Notes: generated by a model from the letters alone, not told the origin. A stretch of 44,550 nt of DNA from Bacteroidales bacterium (GCA_016926405.1 JAFGOQ010000225.1:1-44550); one strand, 5' to 3'. Shown: positions 8,133 through 16,395, counted from the first letter of the stretch. Translations and numbers: made by a program.

Positions 8133-8783
8133 TTAAAGCGTTTCCATTATCTTATTAACAACGTTTTGCGCTCCTCTATAAATATCTCCTATCGATGCTT
8201 TAAGCATATAACATGGATTAGTAAAAATATTATTCTCGGTATCGTGAATTACTTCACCATTATTTGTGTTTTCGTGAACAGCACCAAGCATTTCTGCATG
8301 AGTTACCGATTCGTTATTTTGTCCCAATGTAACGTGACTTCCAGGAAATAATTTAGAAATAATCATTGGAGCAATACACAGAGCACCAATAGGTTTTTTA
8401 CTATTTTTAAAATCGGTTATTTTTTCAGCAACAAGAGTGTCAACCTCCATTAAAGGACCCTTAAATGCATAATCGCACAAATTTTTAGCGGCACCATAAC
8501 CTCCTGGAATAATTAATGCATCGTATTTAGAAGCATCCAATTTATCAAGACTATCAATTTTGCCACGAGCAATTCTTGCCGATTCAACTAAAACATTTCG
8601 CTCCTGATCTATCTCCTTACCATTAATATGATTTATTACATGATGCTGATTTTTATCGGGAGCAAATATTGAATATTGGGCACCAGCTAAATCAATTGCT
8701 AAAAGAGTCATTGTAGCCTCGTGTATCTCCGAACCATCTTGACTACCACAACCCGCCAAAATTACCGCAAACTGTTTCTTCAT
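8133..8783 (-). CDS. elbB: Isoprenoid biosynthesis glyoxalase ElbB (DJ-1/PfpI superfamily)
   Basis: 216 aa with AVILAGCGSQDGSEIHEATMTLLAI, IIPGGYGAAKNL and GALCIAP. Confidence 0.8.
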   Translation of the reverse strand: MKKQFAVILAGCGSQDGSEIHEATMTLLAIDLAGAQYSIFAPDKNQHHVINHINGKEIDQERNVLVESARIARGKIDSLDKLDASKYDALIIPGGYGAAKNLCDYAFKGPLMEVDTLVAEKITDFKNSKKPIGALCIAPMIISKLFPGSHVTLGQNNESVTHAEMLGAVHENTNNGEVIHDTENNIFTNPCYMLKASIGDIYRGAQNVVNKIMETL

Positions 8784-8900
8784 TTTATTTAAAATTTATA
8801 TTACAAAAACAAGGTAATCAAAATTACAGTAGTTACGTTTGAGTGAAACATCAATTTTAAGAATCATTTAAAAAATCATGAATTACCGTAGCAATCAATT

Positions 8901-9767
8901 CTACAAAAATCGGTTTATCTTCTCTTCAATAATATCTGTAAGAATAACAGAATTCTCTAATCGAAATAAGTTATTATAATTAGACTTTTTCTCCTGATCA
9001 GAAACTTTATCCATCAATACATCCAAAAAATTATTCTCCTTAAGTATCATAGTACTTTCATTTACATTATTCTTCTCTATTGATAACTTATTTAAAACAA
9101 AGTCAACTTGAACAATAACATTAGACGAGTATAAATTAAGCTGAGATTTTTGGTGAGTTTGATTTAAAAGCAAGAACAAATTTGCCGATGTTCCATTCTC
9201 GAAGTTAAGAATAACATTTATAAGATAAGGCTTCCCATTATGATCGGGAACAACATCAACAGTATTTCGTAAGCAGTCGCAATTAGCAATTGTTAGAATA
9301 TAATCTATTCCATTAAAAATATGTTTGCGCAAACTTATCTCAGATGAGTTTTTATTAACATTAATCTTAAAATCGATAAACCTAGGATGAACAACCATAT
9401 TTTTAATATAGTCGTTTGCTGGTAAAAGTTCCCAATGATTTGATGTTGTAAAAATGGCCTCCGATTCGTGAGCTATTTTAACAAAATTCTGAATTGCATC
9501 TAACGAATATTTACTGACATCGGATACAAGAACGTTTTTCTGCTTCTTTAACGATTGTTCTATTATATGAGTATCTATTTCAGAACCAAAAAATAAAAGC
9601 GCATCGTTATCGGTAATGAAAGAATGAAGATCGGGAAAACGATACATTCCTTTTTCACCTAATACTAAGTTAGAACCAAAAAAGCCACTCGTTAATTCGG
9701 CTATTTTGTCAACAGAAATAGTGTTTTTTGTTAATTTATCTTCCGAAATAGAAATACCTATTCTCAT
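8901..9767 (-). CDS. Hypothetical protein, possibly a degenerate Gfo/Idh/MocA-like fold
   Basis: Start placed at MRIGISI (ATG 9767); the track start is 9800. No dinucleotide-binding GxGxxG motif and no recognisable catalytic motif. Confidence 0.35.
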   Translation of the reverse strand: MRIGISISEDKLTKNTISVDKIAELTSGFFGSNLVLGEKGMYRFPDLHSFITDNDALLFFGSEIDTHIIEQSLKKQKNVLVSDVSKYSLDAIQNFVKIAHESEAIFTTSNHWELLPANDYIKNMVVHPRFIDFKINVNKNSSEISLRKHIFNGIDYILTIANCDCLRNTVDVVPDHNGKPYLINVILNFENGTSANLFLLLNQTHQKSQLNLYSSNVIVQVDFVLNKLSIEKNNVNESTMILKENNFLDVLMDKVSDQEKKSNYNNLFRLENSVILTDIIEEKINRFL

Positions 9768-9921
9768 TATTATGGCATTTAGTGCAATACAATTATACAA
9801 TAATACATTGTAAACTACATAAAGTACTTTTTTTTGTTTTTAACAATTAATTAACAATATTGTAATGCATTATGTTGTTTATATTAAACCTTAGAGTTAA
9901 CCAATAAATAATTGTACAAAT

Positions 9922-10569
9922 ATGTGTAGTATAAACGATTTTGAGATTGAACGAATTCAGCTTGTAAACGGTATCAGAAGCCGTGGAATTACTTGCGAAA
10001 GAGTTTTAGATGCTATTGGAAAAGTTGAAAGACACTTATTTATGGACTACAGATTTGTGAAAAAATCGTATCAAGATAACGCCTTTCCTATCGATTGTGG
10101 ACAAACCATATCACAACCTTTTACTGTAGCCTACCAAACACAACTTCTAGATGTTTTCGACAACTGCGATGTTTTAGAAATTGGTACAGGATCGGGTTAT
10201 CAAACCGCTATACTTTTGCAAATGGGTGCAAATGTTTTTTCTATAGAAAGACAAAAAGGCTTATACAACAAGGTTATCTCACGCTTCGAGGAGTGTGAAA
10301 ATGTGAAGATTATTTTCGGCGATGGATATTTAGGATTACCACAATATGCTCCTTTCGATAGAATATTAATAACAGCTGCCATTGAAGAGATTCCTCAAAC
10401 TCTTATCGACCAACTAAAAATTGGAGGCAAACTTGTTGCTCCTGTCGGTAAAATTGGTCAACAAACTATGGTTTTGATAAAAAAAACTGGCTCTAATTCA
10501 ACAGAAAAATCTACTTTTGGAAACTTTTCGTTTGTTCCAATGTTACATGGAGTAGATAATGATATATAA
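9922..10569 (+). CDS. pcm: Protein-L-isoaspartate O-methyltransferase
   Basis: 215 aa with GQTISQPFTVAYQTQLL and the SAM motif VLEIGTGSGYQTAIL. Confidence 0.9.
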   Translation: MCSINDFEIERIQLVNGIRSRGITCERVLDAIGKVERHLFMDYRFVKKSYQDNAFPIDCGQTISQPFTVAYQTQLLDVFDNCDVLEIGTGSGYQTAILLQMGANVFSIERQKGLYNKVISRFEECENVKIIFGDGYLGLPQYAPFDRILITAAIEEIPQTLIDQLKIGGKLVAPVGKIGQQTMVLIKKTGSNSTEKSTFGNFSFVPMLHGVDNDI

Positions 10570-10578
10570 AAGATAATT

Positions 10579-11220
10579 ATGATAACTGTTAAGAATTTTA
10601 TTTTTAATCCTTTTCAAGAAAATACCTACTTGTTATTCGACGAGTCGGGCGAGTGTATAATAATAGATCCAGGATGTTACGAAGAGGATGAGAGACTTGA
10701 ATTGGAGAATTTTATTTCCAAAAACAACCTTAAACCTGTTGGCATTGTTAATACACATTCGCATGTAGACCATATTTTGGGGAACGCTTGGTTTAAGGCT
10801 AAGTACAATGTTCCTGTTTATGCATCGAAAAAAGATGCTCATATTCTTGCCACTTCGGTTGAACATGGCAGAATGTACGGTATTGTATTAACAGAACCAC
10901 CTGTTATCGACATCGATATCGACTCTTCGTCGGTTATTACTTTTGGTAATTCGTCGCTTAAGGTTTTAGATATTCCTGGTCATACTCCTGGATGCGTTGG
11001 CCTTTACAACGAACAGCAAAAATTTGTTTTCTCTGGCGATATTCTTTTTAAAGGAAGTATTGGAAGAACAGACTTACCTGGCGGCGACTACGACCAAATT
11101 ATTGACAGCATAAAAAACCAACTTTGTAAGTTAGGCAACGATTATGTTGTATTTGCCGGACACGGTGGCCCATCGGAAATTGGAATTGAAATGGTTACAA
11201 ATCCGTTTTTAACACATTAA
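10579..11220 (+). CDS. MBL-fold metallo-hydrolase (glyoxalase II-like)
   Basis: 213 aa with THSHVDHILG, GHTPG and GDILFKGSIGRTDLPGGD. Confidence 0.85.
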   Translation: MITVKNFIFNPFQENTYLLFDESGECIIIDPGCYEEDERLELENFISKNNLKPVGIVNTHSHVDHILGNAWFKAKYNVPVYASKKDAHILATSVEHGRMYGIVLTEPPVIDIDIDSSSVITFGNSSLKVLDIPGHTPGCVGLYNEQQKFVFSGDILFKGSIGRTDLPGGDYDQIIDSIKNQLCKLGNDYVVFAGHGGPSEIGIEMVTNPFLTH

Positions 11221-11246
11221 GCAATAATATTAAACAATATACCAAT

Positions 11247-11287
11247 AGCGTGTTATATATTTAACCATATACAACACGCTTTTTTTA
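11247..11287 (+). terminator. Terminator after the pcm/MBL pair
   Basis: Stem agcgtgttatat / atata(ca)acacgct followed by tttttt. Confidence 0.65.
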
Positions 11288-11423
11288 TACATAATCATTT
11301 GTAAAGTAGAGTTATAAGCTACTAGTATGTTTTTTTACAAATACTAAATTCTATTAAAGATTTCTTGTAACTTTACAACTCAAAATTTTATAGATTTTAA
11401 TTACTAAATAATAATTAAGCACA

Positions 11424-14291
11424 ATGGCTACAGATAAGTTTTACAACAGACACATTGGTCCACGTGATCACGAAATTGGACAAATGTTGGAAACTATTGG
11501 AGTAAAATCGATTGATGAATTAATCGATCAAACTATTCCTAAAAACATTCGTTTGCAAGAGCCACTTAATCTTACGCCAGCATTGAGCGAGGCAGAATTT
11601 GCCGCTAAGATTAAAAATATTGCATCGAAAAATAAGATGTATAAGTCGTTTATTGGTATGGGATACTACGGAACAGCTTCTCCTGCAGTTATTATCCGTA
11701 ACATTTTCGAAAACCCATCATGGTATACTTCTTACACTCCGTACCAAGCTGAAATTTCACAAGGTCGTCTTGAGGCTTTGTTGAATTATCAAACGGTAGT
11801 GTCATCGTTAACAGGTATGGAGTTAGCCAACTGTTCGCTTCTTGACGAAGGTACAAGTGCTGCAGAGGCTATGATTATGATGTTTAACACTCGTTCGCGT
11901 AAAGCAGTTAAAGAGGGCAAAAACGTTCTTTTTATCGACGAAAACATCTTTCCTCAAACACTTGACGTAATTATTACTCGTGCAGAGCCTCTTAACATTG
12001 AGGTTATTGTTGCCGACTTTACAAAAGATTACGATAAATCGAAAGCTTTTGGTGCTATTGTTCAATATCCTGCTGCTTCGGGTGAAATTAGAGATTACTC
12101 TGCTTTCACAAAAGAGGCTCACGATAACGAAATGATGGTTACTGCTGTTTGTGATTTATTAAGTCTTGCTGTTCTTACTGCTCCTGCCGAGTGGGGTGCC
12201 GATATTGCTGTTGGTACTACACAACGTTTTGGTATCCCTATGGGATTTGGTGGTCCTCACGCTGGTTATTTTGCTACTCAAGATAAGTTTAAGCGTACTA
12301 TGCCAGGTCGTATTATCGGTATTTCGGTTGACCGTCATGGTAACCAAGCTCTTCGTATGGCTCTTCAAACACGCGAGCAACATATTAAACGCGAAAAAGC
12401 TACTTCAAATATCTGTACTGCTCAGGCATTACTTGCTACTATGGCAGGTATGTACGCTGTTTACCACGGACCTCAAGGTATTAAGCGTATTGCTATGCAC
12501 TCGCACAACGCAGCTATTGAAATTAACAATGCTATTACAAAATTAGGATATACTCAGAACAATAAAGATTTCTTCGATACTCTTGAAGTTTCTATTCCTG
12601 CTGGTGTATCTATCGAAAAAATTAAGGAATTAGCTCTTGAGAGAGAGATAAATTTCTTCTATACAAAAAACAACACTGTTAAAATTAGTACCGACGAAAC
12701 AACTATTGAAGCTGATATTAACAAGGTTATCGAAGTATTTGCTATTGCTGCTGGCAAGCCTGCATTTACAGTTGATGCTATTGGTAACGAAGTTGCTTTC
12801 GACAGCAAGTATGCTCGTAAGTCGGATATCTTAACAGAGAAAATTTTTGGTCTGTACCACTCAGAAACTGAGTTGATGCGTTACATCAAAAAGCTTGAGC
12901 GTAAAGATATTTCTCTTACTCATAGTATGATTCCTCTTGGATCGTGTACTATGAAGCTTAATGCTGCTGCCGAAATGCTTCCTGTTTCGTTTGCCGAATT
13001 TGGTAATATGCACCCATTTGTTCCTTCAAATCAAGCAGAAGGTTACAACGAACTTATTACTGAGTTATGTGCCGACTTAGCTACTATTACTGGCTTTGCT
13101 GGTGTTTCTGTTCAGCCAAACTCTGGTGCTTCGGGCGAATACACTGGTCTTTTAGTTATTCGCGAATATCTTAAGTCTATAGGTCAAGAAAAGCGTAATA
13201 TTTGTTTAATTCCTTCATCGGCTCACGGTACTAACCCTGCTTCGGCTGCTATGGCTGGTATGGATATAGTTATTGTTGGCTGCGACGATAAAGGTAACAT
13301 CGATATGGACGACCTTAAGAAAAAGGCCGAAGAGCATAAAGATGACTTAGCTGCTTATATGGTTACTTACCCATCTACTCACGGTGTATTTGAAGTACAT
13401 ATTAAAGAGATGATGGATATTATCCACAACAACGGTGGTCAGGTTTATATGGATGGTGCTAACATGAATGCTCAGGTTGCTCTTACAAATCCTGGATTTA
13501 TTGGTGCCGACGTTTGTCACCTTAACCTTCACAAATCGTTTGCTATTCCTCACGGTGGCGGTGGTCCTGGTGTTGGTCCTATTGGAGTTGCGGCTCATTT
13601 AGTTCCTTTCTTACCAAACAATCCTATTGTAAATATTAGTAGCGAACAAGCTGTTAAGGCTGTTTCTTCTGCTCCTTTCGGATCGGCAAGTGTTCTTCCT
13701 ATTACTTACGCATATATTAAGATGCTAGGCGAAGAAGGTCTTCGTAAATCAACTCAGATGGCTATTTTAAATGCTAACTATATGGCTAAGCGCATCTCTG
13801 AGCGTTACGAAATTCTTTATACTGGCGCAACTGGTCGTGTTGGTCACGAGATGATTGTTAACTGCCACGGTTTTAAAGCTAAGTATGGTATTGAAGCTGG
13901 CGATATAGCTCGTCGTTTGATGGACTTCGGTTTCCACGCTCCTACTCTTTCGTTCCCTGTTCACGAAACTCTTATGGTAGAACCTACCGAAAGTGAGTCG
14001 TTACAAGAGCTTGACCGTTTTATCGATACTCTATTTATGATTAAAGACGAAATGGAAGAGATTGAAGCAGGTAAATACGACCAAGAAGACAATGTTCTTA
14101 AAATGGCTCCTCACACTGCCGACGAACTTACTGCCGACGAGTGGAACCACCCTTATAGCCGTGCTAAAGCTGCTTACCCATTAGATTGGATTAGAATTAA
14201 TAAATTCTGGCCTGCTGTTGGTAAAATTGATAATGGTTATGGCGACCGTAACCTTGTTTGTACTTGCGCTCCTATTGAAGATTACATGTAA
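11424..14291 (+). CDS. gcvP: Glycine dehydrogenase (aminomethyl-transferring), single-chain P protein
   Basis: 955 aa, collinear with GcvP. Contains YTPYQAEISQGRLEALLNYQT and the PLP-lysine region NLHKSFAIPHGGGGPG. Confidence 0.97.
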   Translation: MATDKFYNRHIGPRDHEIGQMLETIGVKSIDELIDQTIPKNIRLQEPLNLTPALSEAEFAAKIKNIASKNKMYKSFIGMGYYGTASPAVIIRNIFENPSWYTSYTPYQAEISQGRLEALLNYQTVVSSLTGMELANCSLLDEGTSAAEAMIMMFNTRSRKAVKEGKNVLFIDENIFPQTLDVIITRAEPLNIEVIVADFTKDYDKSKAFGAIVQYPAASGEIRDYSAFTKEAHDNEMMVTAVCDLLSLAVLTAPAEWGADIAVGTTQRFGIPMGFGGPHAGYFATQDKFKRTMPGRIIGISVDRHGNQALRMALQTREQHIKREKATSNICTAQALLATMAGMYAVYHGPQGIKRIAMHSHNAAIEINNAITKLGYTQNNKDFFDTLEVSIPAGVSIEKIKELALEREINFFYTKNNTVKISTDETTIEADINKVIEVFAIAAGKPAFTVDAIGNEVAFDSKYARKSDILTEKIFGLYHSETELMRYIKKLERKDISLTHSMIPLGSCTMKLNAAAEMLPVSFAEFGNMHPFVPSNQAEGYNELITELCADLATITGFAGVSVQPNSGASGEYTGLLVIREYLKSIGQEKRNICLIPSSAHGTNPASAAMAGMDIVIVGCDDKGNIDMDDLKKKAEEHKDDLAAYMVTYPSTHGVFEVHIKEMMDIIHNNGGQVYMDGANMNAQVALTNPGFIGADVCHLNLHKSFAIPHGGGGPGVGPIGVAAHLVPFLPNNPIVNISSEQAVKAVSSAPFGSASVLPITYAYIKMLGEEGLRKSTQMAILNANYMAKRISERYEILYTGATGRVGHEMIVNCHGFKAKYGIEAGDIARRLMDFGFHAPTLSFPVHETLMVEPTESESLQELDRFIDTLFMIKDEMEEIEAGKYDQEDNVLKMAPHTADELTADEWNHPYSRAKAAYPLDWIRINKFWPAVGKIDNGYGDRNLVCTCAPIEDYM

Positions 14292-14312
14292 TAAATACAT
14301 TTATATATTAAA

Positions 14313-14343
14313 AGAGCCGACAGTAATGTCGGCTCTTTTTTTT
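14313..14343 (+). terminator. gcvP intrinsic terminator
   Basis: agagccgaca-gtaa-tgtcggctct followed by T8. Confidence 0.9.
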
Positions 14344-14353
14344 GGGTTTTGTT

Positions 14354-14445
14354 TGTAAAGACGTTGCATAATCCTGTACAGACGTTGCATGATCCTGTAC
14401 AGATGTTGCATGATCCTGTACAGACGTTGCATGCAACGTCTCTAC
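14354..14445 (+). repeat. REP ladder 1: three 21-nt half-REP units plus a full 28-nt hairpin
   Basis: The units are tgtaaagacgttgcataatcc, tgtacagacgttgcatgatcc and tgtacagatgttgcatgatcc. They are followed by gtacagacgttgcatgcaacgtctctac (14418-14445), a 14-bp stem with one C-C mismatch. Confidence 0.9.
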
Positions 14446-14502
14446 GGAATACTTGAAATGAATAACAGAATTTCTTATTTTTTTCCTCTAAAACAGCAAA
14501 AT

Positions 14503-15105
14503 ATGTCTGAAGAGAGATACAAAGATTTATATAGAGTTAAATCGGCAAGGTTACCAGGCTGGGATTATAGAAATGAGGGTGGATATTTTGTTACTATTTG
14601 CACAAAGAATATGGAATGCTTTTTTGGCGATGTTGTTAATGGTAAAGTAATATTATCTGAAATTGGATTATTGGCACATAAATTCTGGAACAATATACCT
14701 GTACATTTTCCATTTGTTATATTAGATGCATTTATAATTATGCCTAATCATATTCATGGGATTTTAATATTAGATTCTACAGTAGAGACGTTTCATGAAC
14801 CTGCAGAGACGTTGCATAATCCTGTACAGACGTTGCATGCAACGTCTCTACCAGAAGACAATTCAAAACAAATCAACAAAAAAATGTCCCAAATATCTCC
14901 TGTTTATGGTTCGTTGTCAACAATTATAAGATCTTATAAATCGGCCGTTTCAAAAGAATCAAGACTTATTAATTCAGATTTTAACTGGCTGCCACGTTTC
15001 TATGATCGCATTATTCGTAATACTAAAGAATACAATAATATAAAAAATTATATTTTCGAAAACCCTGATAGATGGATGTTGAAGAAACATTGCATTGCAC
15101 AGTAG
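14503..15105 (+). CDS. REP-associated tyrosine transposase (RayT / IS200-like Y1 HUH enzyme)
   Basis: HUH motif MPNHIHGIL (His codons 14749-14757) and the catalytic-Tyr region LPRFYDRIIRN (Tyr codon 15001-15003). Start moved to MSEERYKDLY, because the track start 14389 lies inside REP ladder 1. Confidence 0.8.
   Translation: MSEERYKDLYRVKSARLPGWDYRNEGGYFVTICTKNMECFFGDVVNGKVILSEIGLLAHKFWNNIPVHFPFVILDAFIIMPNHIHGILILDSTVETFHEPAETLHNPVQTLHATSLPEDNSKQINKKMSQISPVYGSLSTIIRSYKSAVSKESRLINSDFNWLPRFYDRIIRNTKEYNNIKNYIFENPDRWMLKKHCIAQ
14781..14851 (+). repeat. REP ladder 2, located in frame inside the RayT coding sequence
   Basis: agtagagacgtttcatgaacc, then tgcagagacgttgcataatcc, then tgtacagacgttgcatgcaacgtctctac. 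It is translated as TVETFHEP-AETLHNP-VQTLHATSLP. Confidence 0.9.
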
Positions 15106-15150
15106 AGACGTTGCAATGCTTTGTACAGACGTTGCATGCAACGTCTCTAC
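15080..15150 (+). repeat. REP ladder 3, overlapping the RayT stop codon
   Basis: tgaagaaacattgcattgcac (degenerate), then agtagagacgttgcaatgctt, then tgtacagacgttgcatgcaacgtctctac (hairpin 15123-15150). Confidence 0.9.
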
Positions 15151-15254
15151 CGATAAAAACCACTGCAGTTTGGGATAATATAATTAATAAACTTATTTCA
15201 GTTCGTGCCAAATGTTTTTATTGTAACATGCTTGATAAAAGAAGGAAGCTTGAA

Positions 15255-15773
15255 TTAGCTCTGTAAAAAAGCTATATAATCAATTTCGCTTTCAAACATT
15301 TTATATAGTAAATGGTCAATATTGAAGTCATTATTTTCAATAAGCTCTTTATTATGTTTTTCAATAAACTCTTTGTTAATTTTTATCCCAAAATATTCAG
15401 ACGGTAAATTTCCGTTTATATCAACATATCCTCTCTCATTGCTTAAAGCAGTATAATCATGAACTTTATTGTTTTCAGCATTAAATCCATGAAAAATGAA
15501 AGTGTCATTATGTTTTACAAATCCCTCATAATAATCGAGACCTTCTTCTAGTGCTATTATTTGTGAGTTTCCAAAGCATCTCCCAGCAATATTTTTATCG
15601 CCATTAACTAAAAGTGTATTAGGAGAGGTTGTTACATTCAATTTAACAACTCTCTTACAAAACCATTCCCAAAATTTATTCTTATTTTCATTATTTAGAA
15701 TTAAAACATTTTGATCAAAACCTGTATAAAAATCCTGTCTTATTTCTTCTAACGTATATTCATCAATAGCCAT
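15255..15773 (-). CDS. Orphan hypothetical protein with a possible Cys-His-Asp (transglutaminase/papain-like) core
   Basis: 172 aa, very AT-rich, bracketed by REP arrays. The pattern GRCFGNSQIIALEEGLDYYEGFV...FIFHGFN...KVHDYT resembles a C..H..D thiol-peptidase core. This is a by-eye call only. Confidence 0.3.
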   Translation of the reverse strand: MAIDEYTLEEIRQDFYTGFDQNVLILNNENKNKFWEWFCKRVVKLNVTTSPNTLLVNGDKNIAGRCFGNSQIIALEEGLDYYEGFVKHNDTFIFHGFNAENNKVHDYTALSNERGYVDINGNLPSEYFGIKINKEFIEKHNKELIENNDFNIDHLLYKMFESEIDYIAFLQS

Positions 15774-15932
15774 AATATTTATTTTTTATTAGCATAAAGT
15801 GAGAAATATTACTTCTCCTTCCAACCCCACTAAAATACCACAGCAATATTAAAAAGCCCTCTTTAAAAACAATTAATTACCAACAAAATACCAACTGCTA
15901 ATATTAAATTCAGTCATTTTAAGTTTTATATT

Positions 15933-15980
15933 AACCCTATACAGACAAGGCAGTGCCTTGTCTCTACGACAACTAGGGTT
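15933..15980 (+). repeat. REP variant-2 hairpin nested in an outer 7-bp inverted repeat
   Basis: aacccta-tacagacaaggca-g-tgccttgtctcta-cgacaac-tagggtt. It keeps the acagac / gtctctac outer stem of variant 1 but has a different, self-complementary inner stem. Confidence 0.85.
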
Positions 15981-16004
15981 CGCATTTAAATATTAAAATA
16001 ATTG

Positions 16005-16135
16005 TGTTCAGACAAAGCGGAGTATTATCAATACATATCAAATAATACTGTACAGACAAGGCAGTACACTATCAATACATATCAAATTATGCTGTAGAGA
16101 CAAGGCAGTGCCTTGTCTCTACGACAACTAGGGTT
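16005..16135 (+). repeat. REP variant-2 ladder: two 44-46-nt half units plus a full hairpin
   Basis: gtgttcagacaaagcgg...ataatact (46 nt), then gtacagacaaggcagtacact...attatgct (44 nt), then gtagagacaaggcagtgccttgtctctac-gacaactagggtt. The last 40 nt (16096-16135) repeat 15941-15980 with one mismatch (c15942 vs g16097). Confidence 0.85.
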
Positions 16136-16269
16136 GTTGAAATAATAGCGGGTAATAATGAGAAGCATAGCCGCACTTTTATAGGGCTAGCACACATACA
16201 AACAAGCTGATACAGTAATAATTACATACTATAACAGCCTTTTATAATAGTAATATATCCGACAATATC

Positions 16270-16395
16270 AACCAAACGCCAAGCAACTTCAACCGAGCGC
16301 CAGACAACCTTAACCGAGCGTCCGGCAACTTCAACCGAGCGCCAAGTAACCTTAACCGAGTGGCAAGCAATTGCAACCGAATGGCAGGCAATATA
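16270..16395. repeat. GC-rich tandem array, 6 x 21 nt
   Basis: The units are aaccaaacgccaagcaacttc, aaccgagcgccagacaacctt, aaccgagcgtccggcaacttc, aaccgagcgccaagtaacctt, aaccgagtggcaagcaattgc and aaccgaatggcaggcaatata. The first four unit ends alternate cttc / cctt, giving a 42-nt super-period. Confidence 0.9.

Noticed and set aside
11288-11423. Glycine riboswitch upstream of gcvP
   Set aside because: No GGAGAG...CACCG-type conserved cores or tandem aptamer structure are visible in the 135-nt leader.
11599-13964. Seven short track ORFs inside gcvP (for example 11823..12122, 12166..12546, 13347..13598)
   Set aside because: They are alternative-frame or antisense artefacts within a 955-aa gene that is collinear with GcvP.
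14389-14502. N-terminal extension of the RayT ORF in the track (MILYRCCMILYRRCMQRLYGILEM...)
   Set aside because: These codons are just REP ladder 1 read in frame. The conserved RayT sequence begins at MSEERYKDLY (14503).
15023-15266. Track ORFs 15023..15211 (-) and 15072..15266 (+)
   Set aside because: Both are open frames created by REP ladder 3 (peptides such as VETLQCFVQTLHATSLP). They have no independent coding signal and overlap the RayT 3' end.
16354-16380. Sigma-54-like TGGCAA...TTGCAA within the GC-rich array
   Set aside because: The GG to GC spacing is 9 nt rather than 10, it is part of a repeat unit, and no gene lies downstream.
14354-16395. CRISPR array
   Set aside because: The repeats are directly abutting (21-nt period) or are isolated hairpins. 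There are no unique spacers of 25-40 nt and no cas genes.
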